IMG/VR virus record: IMGVR_UViG_3300025296_000096
Span: 1 to 27,516 of that record
Strand: one strand, 5' to 3'
Origin: a virus
Lineage: Duplodnaviria > Caudoviricetes
DNA length: 27,516 nucleotides
Part shown: one piece after another, positions 10,801 through 15,319 of the stretch
Layout of the letters: every line of letters starts with the position of its first letter
How positions within the stretch are numbered: the first letter of the stretch is position 1
Made by a program: the position numbers and the translations under genes
The notes under the pieces: generated by a model
Told to the model about the DNA's origin: nothing
Database searches by the model: none
The model's input: only the letters and a program-made list of their open reading frames with translations

Positions 10801-12410
10801 CCGTGCAAAGCCGGTCGATTTACAATCAGGGAATTTCCCAGAATATCCATAACACCGCAGGCGGTGTTTCTGTGCTCACTGGTTACACTGTGGGTGGAGC
10901 CATGGGACAGATTACCATTGATCGGATTACCGATCCTGCTCAAGTTCGCCGGATCAATCGCTTGCAAGAGAATGGTCGTTCCGAGGCAGGAGCCGAACGG
11001 CTAATGCCGATCATGGATGAGAACGGTCAGGTCGTGGCGTATGAATACAGCACGAGTCCTGTCGAGTACCATCGTGTAGCCCGAAACGATCACTTCGGTC
11101 AGATGATGGGGGCATGGAAAGGCCGTCAGGTCGAAGAGGCAAAATCTCAGATCGTCAATCGGATCATGATCGAACGTCTCAAGGAGATGTATGACGCCGA
11201 TTTGAAGCGTGGAAACAAGGATCAATATATTGATCTGTTTGCGCCTTCAAAGATCAAAGATCCGGTACTAGTCGATGGCATCAACCTGATGACGGCTGAG
11301 ATGCGTCAATATGCCCAGAGTGTGTTTGGTGACCAGTTCATGGTTCACAAAAGCATGGTTGAGGACGTTCTAGGTTATCGACAGGCCTCTGTGGGTGACT
11401 TGTGGACAGGTACGTCACGGCTCTCTGAAGAGACCCGTAATCGTCTCACGAAGATGGCTGGTGAGGTCTTTGGAAACGACGCTTATCGCTATCTGGTAAA
11501 GGGGGAAGAAATCCTTCAGAACTTTGTCAGCGATGCGAAAATGACGATTGTTATCAAGTCGGTCATCGTGCCTGTGTCCAACTTCCTGTCGAACATTCTT
11601 CAGCTTATGGCTCGGGGTGTTCCAATGATGAGCATCGTTCGAGCGATGCCTCGGAAGATCACCGAGATTCGCAGCTATGCCGAATCGAGCCAAAAGAAAA
11701 TGGATCTCGAAGCAGAACTGGTGGCTGTCGAAAATGACCCGATCAAAAGTCGAGCATTACGGAACCAGATTGCTGCTATCGATGAGATCCATCGTCGTCT
11801 TAGCATCTGGCCTCTGATCGAAGCAGGTGAGTTTAACTCGATTTCTGATGCCGATATTGGTCAGGGTGGTACGTCGCTCTACGAAGGCAAGCTGGGCCGC
11901 TATATCGAAGAGAAGGTGGACAAGCTGCCTGATGGTATTCGTACACTCGGACGCTATGCATGGATCAGCCGTGACACGGCTTTGTATCAGGCGATGCAAC
12001 ACGCCGTGGAATATGGTGATTTCTTGGGTAAGGCCATTCTCTACGACGATCTGATCAAGCGTAAGCAGTTGGATAACAAGGGTGCTCTGACTCGGATCAC
12101 AGAAGAGTTCGTGAACTATGATAGGCTGCCGGGACGTTTCCGGGGTTATGTGGAAAGTGTCGGTCTGCTTTGGTTTTGGAACTTCAAGATGCGGTCGATG
12201 AAGACGGCACTCTCGATGCTTCGGAATAATCCTCTGCATGTGCTGCTGGCCATGCAGGCGCCGATGCCGACCACCTTCGGTACGATTGGCTCACCACTAA
12301 CAGATAATCTGGGAGCAGTGATGGCAGATGGTCGGCTGGATTATTCAATGGGATTTGGTCAGGCGTTCAGGGCTTACTTCCTGAATCCTTGGTATAATCT
12401 GGTGAAATAA
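1887..12410 (+). CDS. Virion-encapsidated DNA-dependent RNA polymerase (N4 gp50-like vRNAP), 3507 aa
   Basis: Size is ~3500 aa with no Cys seen. T7-like single-subunit RNAP motifs are present: A 'YVEADGVTNG' (~6485-6515), B 'RGAAKNPLTITIYG' (~6816-6857) and C 'KVFDG' (~7695-7709). 'NRMQMQG..NPQANK.MRE' resembles N4 vRNAP. AAGG lies upstream of the ATG. Confidence 0.97.
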   Translation: MPDFQEYLDLFAGKEASLPQPETKTTEVNQRSTELQKEVRRVSAPLNAYDALVGRYTNNGRYSASEVENDFLSLTPFELQTKYGADASALIQARGRAEGEVAQDRSAIRTNGEFARDSAVSAGLGFFNSFAGIAALGMQGGDLIADKLAGRDTTAFTDGAASVSNFTDDINEIWSGPISDALESNRNVVNAANRQASRDNQAIYADQIAAGADPNQAKVERLIRDFGDAGYNVLANPEYTADTVASGVGSLLSGSVIAGGVRAVGRSILGKAGIQLAGKSKKVADIVGDYATMPAVIAAQESGGTYQQTMSEALDILKERTDLTQSEKNALASEAALIAAETQAPVAAVTGILTARFEANPFRTGRAGSILQNAGKEAVEETIQSGTSQYGTNLGIQSEIDPDRDLYDQVGTQAAIGAIGGFGTGPVLQAPGAVVGGTVDAIGDTARSLAPAGRLGLSIAGQGAVGGAGIVSRAINRFSKRKSYDELLEENRKNSPISEERVGQDFDEILSAQEAIVMDIEAESPEALPVIETLLSTINDQGDGTLYDQILSLAQTANDTTQSEEQRLVAAGRMAELIEAQEQIIGDGLDILSSKLDEESSALQKVSAIAGVLDRMRSMPSVKEAMAFEPSEQVQTETQNDIIIPDDIAASTVALSTLAPEKVSPAIARAVLAQREDLTPDQRIKLQAAITMAENARNAVDRSVELGLTRPVDAVSEMVTTGNAIERGFVSGKRYVSNVVNAVRQGRMDEAKENLKDFADFAQHMQNKVGALNAALASGSSRQNAQKFQALNPLSRVWFESTGPFVDLSQPGSIRLAQRIGIEAQAIGQMANDLIQMFPDLGIEGVALDSLDSSLNSPAEEISDAFNQQKAAERQAAVAEIEAREQARREQELEAELQAKELADQQARSEEIQREQEQIERVEQEVTEEVVTEAINDTLDNSQENTPQEVEVVSEPESEPEPQAAPSESSEPEPDGEVAPSVEDEVQEPTVSETPKGMDAIFPNLWGGTKNFFKRAFQLPANPRVRFINDDQIFDRVLDAMGDLGVYLSIVGTDGRRAYTSEIAEAYADFLGDTDATLKLLQEQLTEFLEKNDGEDRHRWLRGRALNIAEEDGTYNPELIEKAVLAAYQWLIDPNNHFNQVDEKQAAEILNIEQSQVSNMHLIALSAGSGTTQAIRSLASTIERFWGLKKNNSVSKGYTEGISDAVAGEILRAFVKQGFLQKDALAFQAWKPEGKNENRQWIATPNEKPHLDTRYQVTDAVKERVKLQEHPTAIEHLVVLDPVETDHIGTPPKTGPKTQLRSKVPLTDEQIAAEKAERETPHYADRPMIDFYLALGREGLLRLFGSGPIEEGNFNTNHYESLEGKNRQISASFDKLVSMVSQIQNVGTAAGQQMDQVPVYYGYEFASQNRMQMQGAHNPQANKIMREAILPTWSTLDLNTSEGELAFFLAIGQAIGVKIHNLSNEEAVAETKRRLGKMKSLPELTGGTEYEASIIDALRADLGGDLSPAAVHALMEYSRSLRVNDKSNFRTSLYVEADGVTNGPVNAMMLMTSGKFTPKWFLNMARGGFFVSKFSTLDQRWAVDKIDLYGSAGTGTERGIQKMFQDPKIPGEVKDQLYSAVRLMGLLMPKDIVFNPDGTITITRGAAKNPLTITIYGSSENGIAGNFMKEITDKIYERISNAVAAGAKTEAEIAQAMFSDKPDPVTAFREYQEHLGKLTDNVVRVNRKGELYVAQAKPDNRGGDRKSLASFTFSVGQKKALQANLLKTFVEPMVTAIDETLAGDTLFNAKMIRTATQIQGIFFKYDFQAELGKKLKEKAKDPEWKEGDFLSENEINEVLGMMLKKYPMIASSAQNILVSGSQSTTLNRKVLFPDEKGSDKPISFGRDFAEDAVPASQVYGPRNPGVAGIPLVTISFGDGRMMQILSTMDGAPTGTLKVFDGMHMKLSSMFEDSKKANQAVWESWQQNPIKAVADSFREAKKNFPSMITSRDMMEELQRAYDGYHSGTENTIQAILDKSAMEVEARHRALARVKVSVDQMASISSPFQNEGANLEDLTEADLRDVAERLEQIRQQELAALEEEALIDEEIRIQRQAAPREPFEEKLRSLGRRDRETGAQVLSFTSQRQLRTFLNATGMGNADQRQLLADLVRSERTRDYKIVFGNPEEVDAFAQNQGDEHIAWEANVHGLTSIGSKTIYLYSASVESLVHEMIHAATYETVAYYMHGWNLGRDDAIIGDAIENIAVLAEQFSKMVPDPATMSFAQQQAMLDAQKAMADARLDYENEADQRAAALNEFMAWALANEQLVKLGKQTKASKIATMARNVIDKIKAIIWGNKRKPKVEDDLFSNLLFNTQVVINGRNNVTSFADTVLQMKTSELQRINDILNDKVARYISEETLEKTIRNRTVRDNASRRVNENIRAIRRAHEIAEKFQAAGFSMNPDEKSTFEAIVAAMATGAELDGASMVRLQELYNHVQDKLKLSDFHPENPTPEQEHYAQERFNAIAGIFLVGRNVPNDDLGRTALLSSFLALGLVNPEFKKILAGMDLPQKDKSSRVGLDGLIENVGITTFDKLSRVLANQDKNTDNVQDAIGELTEQLVRIAQDRQTWLDQTVGKVNNVTDGINDFIVSWAEKLAKAAATKAREIRENSDSRFVETSTKLVEMAASLMDVDTADQFASDIIGEMSTKNIWKPFYDFIKDIVGRTETNAGIYDMIKMVSAMVARDRQQYRDHLPRKLAERFSRELTEQEWSDLYHGLAKTDFAALLQTSRMNQQDALEYFRDPDFRSRRMSELEEQIRELEKDDYDTVIKKSEDLARFMMRGIVPQQLWRNAYAIGYMTKGTAPSRELVNAINEYVTLRATTYLSEQTLDRLSSLAQNEAEGMAFSLAYLGGIRRVEIGKILEATDDAGQRQARMNHYKGFVPSEQKNRDTLVVAPLKDDYRLIGMGFRRVAMYEGSSHVKNMEPMAYYYLPVQSRSIYNQGISQNIHNTAGGVSVLTGYTVGGAMGQITIDRITDPAQVRRINRLQENGRSEAGAERLMPIMDENGQVVAYEYSTSPVEYHRVARNDHFGQMMGAWKGRQVEEAKSQIVNRIMIERLKEMYDADLKRGNKDQYIDLFAPSKIKDPVLVDGINLMTAEMRQYAQSVFGDQFMVHKSMVEDVLGYRQASVGDLWTGTSRLSEETRNRLTKMAGEVFGNDAYRYLVKGEEILQNFVSDAKMTIVIKSVIVPVSNFLSNILQLMARGVPMMSIVRAMPRKITEIRSYAESSQKKMDLEAELVAVENDPIKSRALRNQIAAIDEIHRRLSIWPLIEAGEFNSISDADIGQGGTSLYEGKLGRYIEEKVDKLPDGIRTLGRYAWISRDTALYQAMQHAVEYGDFLGKAILYDDLIKRKQLDNKGALTRITEEFVNYDRLPGRFRGYVESVGLLWFWNFKMRSMKTALSMLRNNPLHVLLAMQAPMPTTFGTIGSPLTDNLGAVMADGRLDYSMGFGQAFRAYFLNPWYNLVK

Positions 12411-12450
12411 AAATCCCCTCCTCTCGGGGGTATGTGAGAGGAGGGGCTTA
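12407..12450 (-). terminator. Rho-independent terminator at the convergence of the late and middle gene blocks (possibly bidirectional)
   Basis: Perfect 11-bp stem CCCCTCCTCTC (12415-12425)/GAGAGGAGGGG (12436-12446) with a 10-nt loop. It is followed on the - strand by ATTTTTATTT and on the + strand by a weaker CTTATC. Confidence 0.8.
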
Positions 12451-12510
12451 TCTGGATAATCAGGAGAAATCGGGGGAGATTGAGCGACGATCCAGATAAA
12501 TAGTTTATAC

Positions 12511-12666
12511 TCACTCTTTCTCAGGAAAGTCAATATCCAACCAGCTTTCCTTTTTGGTTGGTTCAACAGTTTCCAAGTCGATCTCAGTTTGTCTCATTTC
12601 AGTACGTAATTTGCGTACTTCAAATATGGCATAAGCAACAAGACCGATCAGAATGAGAGTGAGCAT
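12511..12666 (-). CDS. Small single-pass membrane protein, 51 aa (not in ORF track)
   Basis: ATG at 12666 preceded by AAGGAAGG, TGA at 12511-12513. Translation MLTLILIGLVAYAIFEVRKLRTEMRQTEIDLETVEPTKKESWLDIDFPEKE gives a hydrophobic N-terminus followed by a charged tail. Confidence 0.7.
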   Translation of the reverse strand: MLTLILIGLVAYAIFEVRKLRTEMRQTEIDLETVEPTKKESWLDIDFPEKE

Positions 12667-12686
12667 GTTACCTTCCTTATAAGTGC

Positions 12687-12781
12687 GGGGTGGTGCAATC
12701 TGTCCAAACGATGAGTGGTTCCAATGGACTTGGGTATCCGGCCAGTTACCACCACCCCTGTTCTAGCGATGAGTGCTAGAA
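12687..12781. other. Structured intergenic element (branched stem plus adjacent hairpin)
   Basis: GGGGTGGTG (12687-12695)/CACCACCCC (12750-12758) encloses GTCCA (12702-12706)/TGGAC (12725-12729). A second hairpin follows: TTCTAGC (12761-12767)/GCTAGAA (12775-12781). Confidence 0.55.
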
Positions 12782-13741
12782 TTACGAATTGCTAGGTTTG
12801 CCAAGCCCACCGAAGAGAGATTGACGCTTGGGCTGTTCTTCCTTTGGCTCTGCTGCTTTAGGCTTGCTGGCAGGTTCTTCGGCATTCGCCGTTTCTTCGC
12901 CACCAGTGGTATCGGCTTCGGATTCGACAGTTTCCGATTCTGCTTCATCCGCCTTGTTGGGAAACGTCTCTTCGGTCGATGCCGATTCCTCCTTTGCAGG
13001 CTCAGGCTCTTCAGCAGGGACTTCATCGGGCTTTTCAGTAAGAGCCTCGGCCTTCATTACCGGCTTGGGCTTACGCGTGGCAGTCGGTGCAGGCGTAGGC
13101 GCAGAGGTAGAAGCAGGAGCGGTCGTAGTCTTGGCTGAAGCCGCCTCCTGAACCAGATCCTCGGGATCCGTAATACTGATCTCGGCAGTGAAGCCTTCAT
13201 CACCACGAGTGGCACGGAGATCGATATCGATCTTCTGGCCTTCTTCGAGGTTCACCTTGGATTCAACGTACAGCCGGATACCGGCTTCAATTTCCTTCTG
13301 ATTAAATAGGATTTGCATGGGGTCTTCCTTTAGGGTTTTGGTCATGTCTCGGATTGTAACCTCGACTCTGGGGTTGTTAGGGTCCACTTCCCCAAATTGA
13401 TATAGGGTCTGAAGGACTACTGTATAGTTGTCATCTTCGAGCCTACCGCATTCTACCAATGAGTCGCAGAAAAACTTCTCGACAACCGAGCAAACGTTTG
13501 CCGTATCTCTGTTTGCCCGAGAACCGGGAAACAGGATGAACGTAAGCTCGACGGCTTTCATGATTGGTAGCTTGAGTAGGTCACTCTTTACTAGATCATG
13601 AAAATCCTTTTTGGCTTTGTGAAGTACACGGAAATGAGCATTCCGATATCCATTCAGATTCAGATAAAATTTCTTTTTCTTCGAAATCTGGATAGAGATT
13701 GGAACAGAAATTAAATATTTCTGGGTTGGATCATTCGACAA
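12782..13741 (-). CDS. RusA-like Holliday junction resolvase joined in frame to an N4 gp46-like protein (internal start at 13318)
   Basis: The N-terminal 141 aa contain 'FYLNLNGYRNAHF' and the RusA-type acidic pattern 'RDTANV...KFFCDSL...G.LEDDN...PRVEV'. These are followed by 'MQILFNQKEIEAGIRLYV', which has its own AAGGA RBS, and an acidic/Pro/Ala low-complexity tail. The TTG start is uncertain. Confidence 0.75.
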   Translation of the reverse strand: MSNDPTQKYLISVPISIQISKKKKFYLNLNGYRNAHFRVLHKAKKDFHDLVKSDLLKLPIMKAVELTFILFPGSRANRDTANVCSVVEKFFCDSLVECGRLEDDNYTVVLQTLYQFGEVDPNNPRVEVTIRDMTKTLKEDPMQILFNQKEIEAGIRLYVESKVNLEEGQKIDIDLRATRGDEGFTAEISITDPEDLVQEAASAKTTTAPASTSAPTPAPTATRKPKPVMKAEALTEKPDEVPAEEPEPAKEESASTEETFPNKADEAESETVESEADTTGGEETANAEEPASKPKAAEPKEEQPKRQSLFGGLGKPSNS

Positions 13742-13742
13742 A

Positions 13743-13774
13743 TTTTGGTCCCCTTTTTTTACAGGGGACCAAAA
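13743..13774 (-). terminator. Hairpin after ssb: likely terminator that also overlaps the resolvase RBS
   Basis: 10-bp stem TTTTGGTCCC (13743-13752)/GGGACCAAAA (13765-13774), 14 nt downstream of the ssb stop codon. Confidence 0.55.
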
Positions 13775-13788
13775 CTAGCAGATTATTT

Positions 13789-14511
13789 TCAACCGAACAG
13801 GCTCTTCTTCGGAGCCTTATCGCCCGACTTAGGTGCCTCACCAGCGGGACGACCCGAAGTTCCACCTTCGCCATCCTTGATGGAACGCTTGTCACGCTGC
13901 TGACCCTTGTTGCGTTCCTGCCACTTATCGAAGAACTCGGGATCCTTGCCGTTGGTGGCTTCAACCACGGTCATCTTCGACGGGTGATGGAATACCTTGT
14001 CGATGGTATTGGTCACACGCGTATCAGCGATATCGTGATAATTGCCATCATCGCCCTTCTCGGATTTGTTTTCCAGATTATTCCAGATACCGAGATAAAC
14101 TTCCTTGCCGAGCATTTCGGTGAGGACGGGAACGGCAGTCGGGACTTCCTTCTTTTCCTCGTAAGACCAGATGTTAATCATCTTTTCTTCAGCTTCCATG
14201 TCCTTCAGCGGCATGTCGCAAGTGACGAGGCACATATCGTCCATGACAGTGAAGCCCGGAAGAGCGACCTTCTTGTCGTCGTTCATCCAGAAATTCTCGC
14301 CCTTCTTGTTCGAGACCCAGAGCGTTTCACGATATTCACGACCATCAATATCAGCGACGATGGATACGCCCTGTGCTCCACCGGAAGACTTGAGGGCATA
14401 AGCGACTTTGATCTTGGCAAGGTAGATATCGGTTTCGAGTGGAGCAAATCCACCGAGACGATCCTGCTGTTCTTCCAGTCCTTCCTTGCCGAGATTACCA
14501 AAGATACCCAT
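13789..14511 (-). CDS. ssb: Single-stranded DNA-binding protein (N4 gp45-like)
   Basis: N4-SSB-like sequence features: 'DRLGG..PLE.DIY..KIK.AY...S.GGA', 'LPGF...D.C', and a C-terminal 'KKSLFG'. It sits after the AAA ATPase and has an AAGGA RBS. Confidence 0.85.
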   Translation of the reverse strand: MGIFGNLGKEGLEEQQDRLGGFAPLETDIYLAKIKVAYALKSSGGAQGVSIVADIDGREYRETLWVSNKKGENFWMNDDKKVALPGFTVMDDMCLVTCDMPLKDMEAEEKMINIWSYEEKKEVPTAVPVLTEMLGKEVYLGIWNNLENKSEKGDDGNYHDIADTRVTNTIDKVFHHPSKMTVVEATNGKDPEFFDKWQERNKGQQRDKRSIKDGEGGTSGRPAGEAPKSGDKAPKKSLFG

Positions 14512-14559
14512 TGTATTTCCTTTCTTCTTGGTTCTAAAAATTCAAGTTTCTACGTTTCG

Positions 14560-15309
14560 TTAAGAACCGTAAAAGTCTCTGAGACGCTGGAGAATCATCC
14601 ATGCGTTATTGTCGGAATAAGTTTCAGCACGACTGAACAGACCCATGGGAGAGCGAATCCGTTCGCCTGTGGTCTCCTTCGTCAACCGTGTCTGGAACAC
14701 ATATTTGAAGCCAAGGTCTTCCTCGTCTTCAGTGACATTGAGAAGCTTGGATTGGAATTTTTCCAGTTTCTTCAATGGTATCTTCTTGGTGGAAACCACC
14801 GTGGAGAAATATGCTTCGATGCCGTTGTTCTTGAGAGAGCCTTTGACGGGAACCGCTACTTTCATTTCCATGGCGGTCTCGTCAAGCTCTGCACGAGTAT
14901 GACCGAGAATAATCACCGGCTTTTCCAGACGAGCAACACGCTGCTGCATCAAGCGTTTGAAAAACTGGGCATATTCGCCCCATGCCTTCTGCGTGTTGGG
15001 AGCACTGATAACGTACTGGGTTTCCAGCATGTCCATCAGGAAGGTGACGGTATCGATGATGATACCATCCACCTCGTCCGGGTTTTCTTCTGCATAGTCG
15101 AATACCTCGAACACCTGATAAGGATCGGTGATATTCAACGTTCGGAAATTGTTCTTGAAAGGCAGACGCTTCCCTGCCTCACAGTTGGCATAAAGCCATT
15201 TTTCCTGATTAGGAATATCCTTCAGGGATGCACTCTTGCCGGATCCAGATTCCCCCGAAATCAGGAGAAGCTGGGTGTTCATATGGTCTGAAATGGTCTC
15301 GTCGGACAT
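14560..15309 (-). CDS. P-loop AAA ATPase (N4 gp44-like; AAA_24/Sak4-like)
   Basis: Walker A GESGSGKS and Walker B GIIIDT. It lies between primase and ssb and has a GAGGA RBS. Confidence 0.88.
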   Translation of the reverse strand: MSDETISDHMNTQLLLISGESGSGKSASLKDIPNQEKWLYANCEAGKRLPFKNNFRTLNITDPYQVFEVFDYAEENPDEVDGIIIDTVTFLMDMLETQYVISAPNTQKAWGEYAQFFKRLMQQRVARLEKPVIILGHTRAELDETAMEMKVAVPVKGSLKNNGIEAYFSTVVSTKKIPLKKLEKFQSKLLNVTEDEEDLGFKYVFQTRLTKETTGERIRSPMGLFSRAETYSDNNAWMILQRLRDFYGS

Positions 15310-15319
15310 GGGACTTCCT

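Noticed and set aside
3417-12239. Many 70-250 aa antisense and alternate-frame ORFs inside the vRNAP
   Set aside because: They are fully nested in a well-supported gene and show no motifs or convincing RBS.
12687-12758. Possible tRNA (72 nt, GGGGTGG/CCACCCC acceptor-like stem)
   Set aside because: There is no T-arm with TTC, no proper anticodon arm and no CCA on either strand. Kept only as an unknown structure.
13699-15291. 530-aa + strand ORF
   Set aside because: It is antisense to ssb and the AAA ATPase, has no recognisable motif, and is best explained as a shadow of codon bias.
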